DNA of 64,000 nt from Takakia lepidozioides. Taxonomy: Eukaryota > Plantae > Bryophyta. Below the pieces are notes generated by a model. The model saw nothing but the letters and a program-made list of their open reading frames with translations. It ran no database searches and was not told the origin of the DNA. The position numbers and the translations under genes are program-made. Below, piece after piece: positions 20,697 to 33,824 of the stretch. The number at the start of each line of letters is the position of its first letter. Within the stretch, counting starts at the first letter, position 1. The stretch is from assembly GCA_030704615.1 (NCBI GenBank), contig CM060733.1, positions 54,622,001-54,686,000 on the forward strand. Direction: 5' to 3'.

Positions 20697-23600
20697 ATGA
20701 CGAGGCGTCGTTTGTTGGAGAACACAGGGCCAAGGCAGCAGGTGAACGCGGAGACTGATTCACAAGAGCAGACGGAGACTGAGGCAGCGGCTGTGACACA
20801 GTCGGCGATAAGAGTGCGCCAGCCTGTGGAGGCAGAGATGATTCGCAGGGACACTGAAGGAGGTGGAAGCACGCGGAACGCCGAACCCGGAGAAGGTCCA
20901 GAAACCCTAGAGCAGACAGAAATTCCAGCAGATGTGAGAGGGAAGAGGAAAGCTGCAGAAGGGGATCCAATTTCAAAACCTAAGAAGGCGCCAGTAAGTT
21001 TTATCTAACTTACATTTCATTGTTGAAGATATGCGTAGAGATTGAGTGGAATGTCCAGACAGGGATTGTCGCTACCGACCATCACAAGGTGATTTGCTTT
21101 CTACTCCTCTGCTAAGGGTTTACCGCACCCAGTCTCAGTTAGCAGGAACTACTGAATTGCGAGCGTCGTTAACGCCATTCGATTCTCCTCATGAGATTTT
21201 GTACCCGGTCGTTGTTCAGAATTAATGCTGTAATCACCTGCACTTACTGTCCGCCCTAAACTATACTGAATGTCGTTGCCGCCAATCAGTTGCACATAGA
21301 TGTCATTACACAACACCGATCCGGCAGGTCGTTATCTTTTGTGATTGTCGTTAACGCCGTTCGCTATCGCTCTCGCTTTTGTTTTGAATACGGCGATCAG
21401 CTTTGCTTGTGTAGATTGTGCTGAATTGTTCACACCATTTCAGTGAGTTCTTTGAGACAGAGTGATGGTCGTTACCGCCATTCACTATTTGCAAATTACT
21501 CAGTCAGAACTGAATGGCATCGTGCAGAAAACTGTGAGGTCGAAGCCTACAGGATCAGAGGGGAAAGGATCTGGAGATGGGGACGAGTCCGCAAAAAGCT
21601 CAGAGAATACAGATGAAGCAGATGAATCTGAAGTGCACTACCTTGACAAGGTGAAAGAACTCATGTCATTCCAGAAGGTAAACTCTCAGGAGGTTATAAG
21701 GGACATGCTCGTATCTGGAGGGCGTCTGGACATCCCTCTGTGCCGGATGATATCAATGCCTGTTGTGCGTCCACCTCTTTCCCATGACATAACAAAATTG
21801 GAGAGTGATTTTGTGCATGGATATAGACTTGGTGCACAAGTTTTTTATGTGTCACTGACGGATATAAATGGGAAAAGCACATTAGTGTCTCCAGAGATCA
21901 GTGATAACTGGGATGAGTGCTGGAAAGATGCCAATGAGGAGTTCGAGCTGGGCCTCATGATGGGAAAGAACACCCAGCAATTCTGCAACCACATGTTCTA
22001 CGTCTGGGACGGCAACCACCGATTGCTGGCATGGATGGGATACATTCAGAAACACCATCGAAAGACAAAGACAAGCATGTTGCTGTGGAGGCAATGGTTT
22101 TGGATCCTGGAAACGACATCGCTAGGCTTCTTACAGCTATGCACGACGTGAACAAGTAAGTCATCCAGGAGATTTCATTCCCTCTGTAGTGTCTTATTAA
22201 TCCTCAAAAAACAGTGTTAAGGAATGCAATGTTTCCAATGTTTTTGCAGATCGACAGAGAAATCGCATGTGACAACAAGCTTGGTTCACACACTATTCCG
22301 AATTCAGAGGATTGGTCTGATGAAGCTGGATGATTTTCGGACAGTACTACCACCCAATATCATCAAGAAGTGCGAAACAGGAAGAGCTGCAGGCACTTGG
22401 TATTCTTTGACACGAGAGGCGTTTCTGGAGTACATGTATGCGGTAAGCCCGAGTCTGTACTCTGTTTACTTTTCGAATACATGTTTGTAGTCCCTTCGGA
22501 GCTAATCACTACTTGAATCAATGCAGCAAGAACTGGCAGAGGCAGCTGAGAAGGGAAAATCCGAATATTACCGCACTACACCAGAGGAACTAAGGACATC
22601 AAAGGGTGTGGAAGCTGCAATAAAGAAGGAGTTTGAAATGCGAAGAACCAAATTGATGTCCGCCTTCGGAAAGCAGCTTAGAATAGTAGATCCTGGACTT
22701 GGTCTGAGTTCCTTCAGCAGATCAAAACACACTATGACAAGCATGTGCATCCGGAGATGCAGCAGGAGAAATTGCACCGGCTGGCCATATCGATGGTCGA
22801 CCACAAACAAAAAAAGGTGGCTGGAGATATACTCAGAAAACAGTAAAGGACTTGAATCAGTTCCCAAAGAGCACCATACAGCCTGGCACAAAGGTGGAAG
22901 GAATCAGTGATTTGGTGTTTGATAACTGGCTCCACAAGGCTACATTTTGGAGTCAGGTGTGTATTCAAACATGTTGTTTCTTCTCTTCAAGTATGTGATG
23001 AGTATCTTTTGCAATTCTGACAAATATACTATTTGCAGCTCGAAAGCGCGCCGTCATTGTGCTGGATCAGACTTTGAAGGACCTGAACATTTCGATTGTT
23101 TCCCCTCCCCAAATGTCATTGGAGGCATACATAAGGAAGTGGAGAGGTCTCACCTGGAGATACTGTTTTTTCCGGGAGTTCTCCAAAGATGGTAACATTT
23201 TACGGTCCAACGACTTTGACAGTCAGGTTGGAGGAGAGTGGGCCATGATGCGAGTTGTGTACAGGTGCAATGTCATACTTGAAACTCTACTGCTTTTTGG
23301 GAAAAAATGTGGCTTCATAAGGATTGCAATCATAGATCCAGATTGAATGTCGTTGACGACATTCACTTCTTTGTCTGAGTCATTCTTAAGCGAGTATATG
23401 AAATTCACCTGGTTAGGATCTAAGGGTTTATAATTTGTCCCTGATTAGAATTGATAATGTCCTTGAATGGCGTTGACGACATTCACATCCGGAGTTGTTG
23501 AGAGGTCCTCAGTTATTTAAATTTTTGTAATGTCCATAGAGGTTACAGTGAGGGTTCCTCACTTCATTTTGCTGAATGTCAATGCAGACATTCAGTTGTT

Positions 23601-26066
23601 CTGCATTGTTTTTGCCTCTTGCGAGGAATCTGGAGGCTTGATAAGCTCTGTTATGAGAAATCCAAAGTGAATGTCGTTGACGACATTCACTTCTGTGTCT
23701 GTATTATTCAACAGCGACAATTTGAATTTACATGGATTGGGAGCTAAGTAATTGGTTTCTTTTTGGTATTTTTGTGAATGGCGTTGACGCCATTCACATA
23801 CAGTGTTGTTGTGAGGTCCTCAGTGATATGTTCGTTATGAATGTGCATTGAGTTTTCCTGGAGGGTTCCTTACTCGAGTTTATGATTTCCATCCTGTGAT
23901 TTTGCTTCATTTGAGAATAATTAGGCTTCATTAGTGAATGTCGTTGACGACATTCACTTCTATGTCTGTGTCATTCCAAAACGATAGTTTGCATTCACCT
24001 GGATTAGGTGTATTTACAGTATCATTGAATGGAATGTTTTGAATGGCGTTGACGACATTCACATCTGGAGCAGTGTGTGGTCCTGAAAGGTCCTTGGAGC
24101 AGTTCTCAGAGCCATTTCAATCTATGTTTTTTCATTCTGTTCTACTTGCATCTTACTCACTGAGCGCTTTTGTGGGTTGGGATTTATCTTTTTTTCAGGT
24201 ACACGAAATATGTGCTTATGGAAGGAAATCACCTGAGCGGAATTCCAGACTATCTTGACATGTGGTCGGACCCTGCAAACGATCCAACCATGTATACTGC
24301 AGGGATATTGAAGGACTGGAGTCCTTCTCACTTCAGAGACTGTGGGTGGTACCTTGACTGCCCACCGGAGCACACGACCTTTCAAGAACAGCATATGAAA
24401 TACTTGAACAATAACGCTGAGATGCTGGCGCCTTTGACTGACGAAGAGTACCAACGAAACATAGCAACATTGGCTGCCAAGGAGCCTGATGCTCAGGGAA
24501 CGCCGCAGAAGGGAAAGAAGGCGGGCCGCAAACCAAAAGACAAGGCTGTTGATGTCATAGCCATCTCACCAGCAAAGCCAAAGGACAAAGACAAGTCCAA
24601 AGAGAAGGAAAAGGACAAGGGGAAGGAGAAAGAAAAGGAGATGGAGAGTGGGCAGGACTTTACTGCTGGAAGATATACCCGCACTGTTCAGTGCGTGTTC
24701 GATGCCAAGCCACACCCTTCCCGTTCTGATTCGGCAGGAGAGATGAAAATTGTTAATGAGGGTTGGCTGTCGATGATGCAGAGTCGAAAGAGAGGATACA
24801 CTGGGGTGCCATCCCCTACCTGGGACAATATAATCTCATTCCTCAATCTGGTGAGAATTCCAGTTTCTTTCCTTTTTCTCTGAAAGTTTCGTTGGCAGTA
24901 TTTCAGTCTCGTTCTTTGAAAACATTCTTGCCATCGTTCTTATAAAAAACATGTCTGTTGCAGGTGAGCACAGGTCCCACCTTCGTGTGCGGTGTGCAGA
25001 AAACTTATGCGGCCGACATTGTCATTCTCGACATCCCGGATGGCCAGGCTGTGCCAGAAGTTCTTCCAAAGGGCAAGACGCCAGGCTGGAACAAATTCGA
25101 GGACAACTACTGGAGTTGGGTGTTCGGGTTCTGTAACAACTTCCTCTCTGATGCAGGGACACTTCTGCTTTTTTTCAGTCATGTGACAATGATAGTCGTC
25201 GGGCATTGGCATCATACCTCAAGTCTTCAGGGTTTGAAGTTTTGCGCACATGGAATTGTGTGAACAGCCTCTACCTTGTGAAAGGGGGTTTCCCTGGTCA
25301 GCTGGTATGCCGTCTCCCTTCTGCTTGTGCTTTCATGATGAGTTTCAATTTCTCTGCAGCTCCACTCTAGTAGAATGTGTTATGATCGACACCGATCATC
25401 ACCGATTCATGATTTTTTTGTGTCTGAGTTCTGAATAGCCGATGTACACACTTCCACTATAGATTGTGTTTACCACACTAACCTGCTATCTTTGGCAGAC
25501 GAGGATGTTCGAGGCGATCTGCCTGCGGAGGATTCGCACCTCAAAGACACCATCCTCCATCCGCAGCTTTGAGATTTCTGACCAGGGTTGTTTCGTCAAC
25601 CCCCCTATGAGCCCCATGTCGATGACATTTGTACAACTTCATGCAGTCCAGTCAGACTCTGAAGAGACCAGATGGCACTCCCTGGAGAGGTGCAAAGGAA
25701 AAGTCCCCAGCGTTCATGCAAATACTGCTGGAGTCATGCAGCCACCGCTCTGCACGGGTGGTCGATCTTTCTGTGTCCACAGGTTCGTTTTTCCCTTCCG
25801 AATTGGTTTTCTTTCAACAGTTTCATCTGCTTAAATCCCCCCACCAAACTGTTCATGTTCTCCTGTCTGGTGCAGGAGCAACTTACCATGCATGCAAGGC
25901 AGGCGGAAGAAGCCTTTTTGGCATGGAGGGTGATTCTGACCTCTACAACACAGTGCTCCTCCCCCTTTTGTCTGGCTCCACTTCAGGCACACAGACTGAT
26001 CGGATTCAAATTCGAAATGACGATCCCGAAGATAAGCAGGTCGACAACGACTTTTCATGTGAGTAA
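20697..26066 (+). CDS. Multi-exon MULE-B cargo gene: ParB/Srx-like domain plus C-terminal beta-class (N6A/N4C) DNA-methyltransferase-like domain
   Basis: Approximate exons: 20697-20993, 21528-22155, 22250-22442, 22527-~22950, 23039-~23264, 24199-~24850, 24964-~25300, 25499-25782, 25876-26066. ParB-type FYVWDGNHRL. Motif IV-like ADIVILDIPDG..W..YWSW..FLSDAGTLLLF precedes EKSPAFMQILLE..S..VVDLSVSTG^ATYHAC..GRSLFGMEGD (motifs X-I-II). Some frameshifts. Confidence 0.7.
21064..21486. repeat. Five degenerate copies of a ~20-bp palindrome in intron 1 of the cargo gene
   Basis: Cores at 21064, 21161, 21268, 21343 and 21464 (e.g. GAATGTCGTTGCCGCCAATC, GATGGTCGTTACCGCCATTC); spacing 75-121 bp. Confidence 0.6.
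23344..24061. repeat. Array of seven palindromes TGAATG(T/G)CGTTGACG(A/C)CATTCA in an intron of the cargo gene
   Basis: Copies at 23344, 23464, 23573 (degenerate), 23668, 23775, 23935 and 24040; spacing 95-160 bp. Confidence 0.9.
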
Positions 26067-26519
26067 GTGCTAAACCCTCTTTGGGAGCCATACTCAATTT
26101 CTCAATAACATCAAAGTTACAGTAATAACTTTTTCAGGCTGTCTTTCAGGAAAGGCAGCGGTGGATCTTCAGGAGATACAGTCATTTCTGGCGAGTCTGT
26201 TTTCGACAGCCCCCTTTCCAATTTTCTGCTTCCTGTTTATGCCGAAGCAATGGCACTTCACGCGGCCGAGTCCCTATCCCCTGACTTTTTAGTGGCCAGC
26301 CGTAGGTGTATCCAGCGTGGATCCGGTGTTCTAAAATACTTAGACTTAGATGCAGAGGAAGCGGGGATACATGTACTGACTCTGAGTCAGACTGAACTGT
26401 TCTTTTAATATTCATTTTCATATCTGGAAAACGTTGAATCCCCTTCCTCCACCGTAGTTGTTCCTTTAGAACAAATAATAATCACATAATCAACTTTTTT
26501 AAATTGCAATATGTATGAA

Positions 26520-26880
26520 TCCATCTCACAAACCTCCCTGACTCTTCTCATATCCATTGTGCATTCATCTACAGTGTATTCATGCGTGCTCCATTCATGA
26601 ATTTTTTCTTTTGTTCAACATCCATTGTACATTCATCCTCTGTACTCTTTAATCCACCCCACAAACCTTCCACACTCATTTCATATACGTTGTGCATTCG
26701 TCAAAAGTTTTGGTCATGCATCTTCCTGTCATGAATTTTTGTCATTGCTCAACATCCATTATACATTCATCCATTTTACTCTTATCCATCCCTCATTCAT
26801 CCATCTACATTCATTTTTCACACTCATCCATCTGTTTATCATCCAACTGTACATTCATCCATCCTTTATTCAATGCCTTT
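26520..26880. repeat. Low-complexity CATTCATC/CATCCA-rich subterminal tract of MULE-B
   Basis: Repeated CATTCATCC / CATCCAT words. Confidence 0.6.
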
Positions 26881-28179
26881 TATTATGTCGTCCAGCTTGT
26901 TTCCGCGGTAAAGGGTGCCAATCCGCGGGAATACACTCCACTTCTTTCTGGGCGCGTGGTGACGCGGCCTTCACGTGTGATGACGTGGAGTGAGCCCCGT
27001 GACGTGGCATTTGCACAAGGTGACCAGGCTCACGCCGAGGCATCCCTGCTACGATGGCGACTTAACATTCACAATCGGTATACAAGGCTGAGAGGCAGAA
27101 GAAGCGAATGCTTCAATTAGGCCATGCCCGTATCGTTGCATGCAATGCAACCTTCGGGACAAATCACCACAAGGTACTCTTCATCCCTTTTACAATTTAT
27201 CCACTTGCAGAAGTAGTGGATGTACGCACACTGGCAGCATCTGACATTCTGCATTCGAACAGTTCTCATTGTACACGTTGATGATCTTCGACGAGTGGCT
27301 TAACGGTATATCAGTTGCGTATATCATATGCCACTAGTACAGATTATCGTTTTTATGACTACAAACATCACTACATTTGCAGTGATAAGTGCGATTATGA
27401 CTACATCACTCTGCAGTGACAAACATGAAGTCAATTCTACCATCACTACGGAGTGATAAGTGCGAAGTGATGGTCGTCACTGCAGACGTGGCACCTGCCA
27501 ACGACTCAGAGTGACGTGGGGTGTAGTGTTGTAGTCATAACTATACGACTACAAAGCTACGTGTCATGATTACACTTACGACTATGTCACTACAGATGAG
27601 CGCCAACATGGAGAGGTCTCTCCATGACACGCATGACCCCCGGATGTATATGACTACACGACTGTACCTTATGACTACACTTATGACTATATCACTACTC
27701 ACTACACCATTGAGGGTAGATGTGGTATATTTCATGACTACAAATATGACTCCATCACTATAGGTTTGTACTGGTTCTGGTAGGTCATCTAACACGTGTT
27801 CTTATTCGATTAGTTTATAAAACCATCAATGCTATTTTATTTATTAATTTCATGTAAATTTTATTTATTGTTTTGATATTCAGATATGTTTCAATATACA
27901 GAGCAATATATTTAATTGAATGAAAGAATTTCACACAAATACACAAATTGTTGAATGTCGATCATACAACAAAAAACCAATGGGAAAAATGTTCCCATGG
28001 ATGCCGCAAAGGCTCTACAATGAGCATTCAAGAAGCCTGAAAGGCCACATGGATAAAAACCAAGCCTCAAAGACTACAAGTCCCAAAACCCAAGCCCACA
28101 CCGGGGCAGCAGTCCACTAGTACTCCTACAATTGAAGAGCTCTATTTACAAATCACCATTGTGGCATATTTTCAACTAC

Positions 28180-29800
28180 ATTGCATCACATAGTCCCACC
28201 TTCTCGTCATTTGCCCCTAGGTCTCCAAAGCCTCCATCCTGCGCCCTTGTTGTGCATATCATGCAATCATCACACTCCACAACACCACATGTCGTTCAGC
28301 CATATTGACGAACACTTCCTTTGCATCCTCAATGCACCCACATTTGGCATACATGTCCACTAGGGCAGTGTTCAGAATGACAGGTGCAATTCCAGATTTG
28401 ATGATGCCACCATGCATCTCTTTGCCCTTTTCCAGGGCTGCCAGGCTTGCACGAGCATTGCAAACACACAAACGTGATCTGGTTACACTTCACCCCTTCC
28501 CCCATCATTTGCTCATAGGTCTCCAAGGCCTCCATCTCGGGCCCCTGCTGTGCATATCCTGCAAGCATGGCATTCCATGACACCATATCTTGTTCAGCCA
28601 TACTGTTGAACACTCCCTTTGCATCCTCGATGCACCCACATTTTGCATACATGTCCACCAGCCTCCAGGGTATTGTTCAGAATGACATCGGGTACAATCC
28701 AGCTCTGACAATGTCACCATGGATCTCTTTGCCCTTTTCCAGGGCTGCCAGGCTTGCACATGCATTGCAAATGCACACAAATGTGATGTGGTTGGGCTTC
28801 ACCTTCCCCCATCATTTGATCATAGGTCTCCAAAGCCTCCATACCAAGTCCCTGTTGTGCATACCCTGCAAGCATCGCGTTCCATGACACCACATCTCGT
28901 TCAGCCATAGACTTGTTGAAAACTCCCTTCGCATCCTTAATGCACCCACATTTCGCATACATATCCACCAGGGCAGGGTTCAGAATGACATCTGGTACAA
29001 TTCCAGCTTTGACGATGTCACCATGGATCTCTTTCCCCTTTTCCAGAGCTCCCCTGCTTGCACACATTGCAAACACAAGCAAATGTGATGTGGTTGGGCT
29101 TCACCCCTTTGTGCAGCATTTGCTCATAGGTCTCCAAAAGCATTCCTACCACACCCATGCTTGGTAAATCCTGCCAACATTATATTCCACATGATCAAAG
29201 ATCGTTGAGGCATTCTGTTGAATACTTGGTGAGCATCCATGATGCTCCCACACTTAACATACATGTTGACAAGGGTGTTGAGTAGGAAAACATTTGGTGT
29301 GAATCCACTGTAGATAATGTGAGTGTGCACCTACTTTCCAGCTTCCGGACCTTGAATCATCTTGATGCACTTAAGCAAGAGACAGACATACGTACCTGAA
29401 TCTGCTGAAATGCCTCATTGGTTTAAAGTCTGTAGAGCCTCTATCAGTCTGCCTGCCTCACAAAGCATCTTCACATGCCCAGAAGTGCCAGAAGAGGCAT
29501 TGTGGACTCCCTCTCTTGATCCTCTTTCAGAAGCTGTGGTCATGGTTGAGGTGCCTAATTTACCAACTGTGCCGCTGCAGCTGCTGCCTTTAGTTGACCA
29601 TCTACCCATGTAGGTTTCTTGTGGCTATTGATCCACATGGAACCATAGGTAATCTTGAGCTTGAAATCTGGCCCTCTTGGATGAATCTGGACCCACACTC
29701 TATCCCTGCACTTTCAGCTATCATGCCTCTCCACAAATAGTGCATTCATCCTTGCCTTGCTGCTAGCAGCTAACAATGACAGCCTAGATTGTTCTAGGAA
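28180..29800 (-). pseudogene. PLS-class PPR gene 5' fragment (N-terminal extension plus several P-L-S triplets), frameshifted
   Basis: LCEAGRLIEAL, VHTHII.SGFTPNVFLLNTLVNMYVKCGSIMDA, and repeated [40 protein letters not shown]. Confidence 0.88.
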
Positions 29801-32589
29801 ACACCCAACTCAGCTTATCACACTAGTTCCTACGCTCAATTGCATCTGCTATTCTCTGTAATCCCACAGACATTCATTTTTTTGCCTCGATTGTCCCACC
29901 ATTGATGACAGCTTCTCCTCGTCTCTATTACCTGTTTCTGGATACTTTCCTGTTGTTACATTGGCCATATCATGTCAGTCACTCCAAACTATCAAAGGTT
30001 CACTCAACCAGCTAACTTGCAAAATTCAACATGAAAATTTAAGGACGACTCTGATAACATGGAAAAATAGGCTAAAATGTGTTGAAGGTGCCTTCATTAG
30101 CAGTGCCTTGTTCTATCATGTGCTGCTGCTGCTTCTATTTCCAGTTGACCATCTACCCATGCAGATTTCTTGTAGCCATTGATCCACAAGGAATCAGAAG
30201 TAATCTTATGTTTGAAACCGGGTCCTCTTGGATGAATCTAGACCTTTGTCCCTAGTCCTTCAGCTATCCCTGTCTGTGTAGAAAATCATGAATACATCTC
30301 AGCCTTGCTGCTAGCAGCTGACTAACGGCGTGAAGTTCTTCCAGCAAACCCCAACCCTAATGATGAGAGGGCAAAACAGACTGCCAAAAGTTTGAAGAAG
30401 AAGGTGTTCACCACATTGTCTTTGACCTTGTGTCATGACGCATGGAGGATTTAACCGATCATCAACCCAAAATGACCTCATGTGTGCTGCTTGTGTCTGT
30501 AGTCAGGTAATGTAGGATTGGTCAGACTCGACAAGTGTTCATTCCACCGCTTCTCCTCATTCTGTTATCTGTTTTTAGATACTTTCCTGCTACCACATCG
30601 GCAGAAAACTTGTCAAGTCACCCCAAACCATCCACAGATCCACCTAATGAGCTAACTTACAGCATTCAATATGCATCTCAGAACCGAGTCTGATGAGAGG
30701 GCAAAACAAGTTGAAATAGGTGGAAGAAGAAGGTGCCCTCACCACATTTCCTCGACCTTGTGTTATGACCCATGGAGGATTTGACTGACCATGAACCCAA
30801 GAGGACCTCTTGTGTGTGTTGCTTGTGTCTGTAGTCAAGTAATGTCGAATTGGTCTGTGAGAACCACCACGGTGCAGCTGAGCGGGCAGAGGTTGAAACA
30901 CGGCCTACTAAGACCAAGATGACTCTCCCAAGAACCTTGTAAATATCAGGACGAATACCAAATCATGGTAGTAACAGGAGCCAAGAGCCCACCTTTGCAG
31001 GATGGACAACACACCTTGTGATTGCAGTTGTCCCACCATCATGAAGGATCTTTATAAAACTCATGCCAGCTCACATCACGAGCGAGCTAACTTGTAGAAC
31101 TCTACATGAAATTTTAGGGACGACTCTGATAACAGGGCAAAACAAGGTGAAATGTGCTGAAGAAGGTACCTTCATTAGCAGCGAATTGTTCTATCAATTG
31201 TGTTGCTGCCACTTCTGTTTCCAGGATGACATCTGGTACAATTCCAGCTTTGACAATGTCATTATGGACCTCTTTCCTCTTTTCCAGAGCTCCCAGCTAT
31301 GCGTAAGGAAGACTGACAAGGATTACTGGTCAACGAGGACATCTCAATAGCTGCTTGTTGGTCTGAAACCCTAGGATGGGATCAGCACAGTTTGTACCCA
31401 CCCCTTCTCTCTTATCCTACACATTATAGAGAACAGTGCTTGTTTCTGTGACTAATTCAGGCCTGGCACTCACAAAAACTATTGTGAATTGGGGAGTCAT
31501 ACAACCATGACACCGCTAATCAGATGAAGGACACTTCAACACTGGATTCGGCAGACCAAAACAGTCATGGGCACACATAACACAACACAGTTACATGAGG
31601 GAATGAATTCATATATGTGACTACTCCGCACAGTAAGCAGAGGCTGCCAGGCATGGCCCAGACCTGCACAGATACGTTCACTCGATAACCATTACACATC
31701 CTAAAAAAAAAAATGAACTCCTAAACATACAAAACTATTCGAGAGGCCAAATTAGCAAACACCCAGACATGACATGGGCAGACATGGTCAATACAAGAGG
31801 GCCAAACATTTCAGCCCACTATACAATCCATCACTCATTCCAGGCAGATAACACATATGAAAGAAAACACACACAAGGATCATTAAGGACCAATTTCGAA
31901 AGGGAAGGATTAATATACATACCTGAGTCGGGAATTTGCATACATGCATAGCAACAACATGTGCAGCAAGTGTTTGGAAGCCATGACCATGTTGCATAAA
32001 TCTGACTTAGTGAGTAGCCTCAGTTAACCCACTGGATGTCACCAAAGGCAAGATTGGACTTTCAGAAACGAGGCATGTTGCGAATTTGAAGTTCCAAGCT
32101 ATGTAGACCAATTTCAACTCCCCTAAAAACACCAAAGCACCCTATGTCTAATAATGGAAAACCTAGCTTTCGTACCACAAATTTATGATGGCTAGAAAAA
32201 ACAGGCAGTTAAGATCAAACCCACCACTGAATTTGTTAGGTCAAACCAAATATTGTCTGTTTTGAAAACCAAAAAAAGAAAAAGGTACCTCCTAAAACAC
32301 TAAGTCTGGAGAATTGAACAGCAAAATCAATAGACTGGGGAGCAGTCTACTTGCACAAGTAAGATTTTCAGCAACAGATTTCCGGCCTGAATAACTACCT
32401 ACTGATGATGCTTTGCAAACCTCCAAAAAACAGGCACTCACTATTCAGTGGGTACCTGTGATACTGTTTGAAGTTGCAACAGTGCCATAGAGATCCTCAC
32501 TTAGGGCACCAGAGAGAAACACTAGTGAAAACTACAAACTCCAAAGCAGAATTTCAATTCTGTGGACAGCCTGGGTGGGTGCAAACAGC

Positions 32590-33700
32590 ACAAGTGGGTG
32601 TTGAGTAGAATTTTTTTTGGTGTGAATCCACTTTGGATAATGTGAGTGTGCACCTGCTTTCCAGCTTCCAAACCTTCCATCTTGATGCACTTAAACAAGA
32701 GACAGACATACATATCTGAATTTGCTGAAATGCCTCCTTGGTTTAGAGTCTGTAGAGCCTCTGTCAGGCTGCCTGCCGCACAAAGTATCTTTACATGCCC
32801 AAAAGTGCCAGAAGGGCATTGTGGACTCCCTCTCTTGATCCTCTAATTTCAGAAGTTGTGGTCATGGTTGAGGTGCCTGATTTTATCAACTGTGCCGCTG
32901 CAGCTACTGCCTTTAGTTGACCATTTACCCATGCAGGTTTATTGTAGCTACTGATCCACCTGGAATCAAGGTAATCTGGATCTTGAAGTCTAGCCCTCTT
33001 TTTATGAATCTGGACCCACACTCTATCCCTGCTCCTTCAGCTATCCATACCTCTGCACAAATCATGCATACATCCTTGCCTTGCAGCTGATAATGACAGC
33101 CTAGATTTATTCTAGGAAACACCCAACTCAGCTTATTACACTAGTTCCTATACTGAATTGCGTCTGCTACTCTCCTGTAATCTAACAGGCATTCACCTTT
33201 TTGCCTCGGTGTCCCACCATTGACTGGGGTCAGAAAAGTATTCATTCCACAGCTTCTCCTCATCTCTTCATCTCTCTTACGTGGTTTTGGATACTTTCCA
33301 GTTGTCACAGTGGCAGTATCATGTCAAAGTCACTCCAAACTACATTCACTCAACCAGCTCACTTACAGAATTCAACATGGAAATTTAGGGCCGATTCTGA
33401 TAAGAGGGAAAATGTGTTGAAGAAGGTGCCTTGATTACCAGTGTCTAATTTTATCAGTTAAGCCGCTGTTGCTGCAGCATCCAGTTGACCATCTACCCAT
33501 GCAGGTTTCTTGTAGCTATTGATCCAAGGAATCATAAGTAATCTTGGCCCTCTTGGATGAATCTGGACCCACTCTCTATCCCTGCTCCTTCAGCTATCTC
33601 TGCCTCTACACAAATCATGCACACATCTTTGTCTTGCTGCTAGCAGCTGACAATGACAGCCTAGATCTGTTCCAGCAAACACCCTAACCAGTTCCTATAT
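32590..33700 (-). pseudogene. Second and third partial copies of the PPR 5' region
   Basis: 32590-33200 closely parallels 29270-29900; 33450-33700 and 30100-30350 repeat part of the same segment. Confidence 0.75.
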
Positions 33701-33824
33701 TGACTTGCGCTTCCAACAGGCATTCACTTTTTTGCACCAACGAGCTAACTTGCAGAATTCAACCTGAAAATTTAGGGACGACTCTGATAACAGGGAAAAC
33801 AGGCTGAAATGTGTTGAAGAAGGT

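Larger units (their letters stand above)
15738..27048. mobile_element. MULE-B: 11.3-kb Mutator-like element with short imperfect TIRs and a 9-bp TSD
   Basis: TSD CTACGATGG at 15729-15737 and 27049-27057. Termini CAACGACGCAATGGCGTGAGC vs revcomp CAGGGATGCCTCGGCGTGAGC match at 15/21. Removing it restores ...FKHYDGDLTFTIGIQ in the MULE-A transposase. Confidence 0.9.

Noticed and set aside
23344-24061. CRISPR array interpretation of the palindromic repeats
   Set aside because: Spacers are long, variable (about 75-140 bp) and homologous to each other. There are no cas genes, and the context is a eukaryotic intron.
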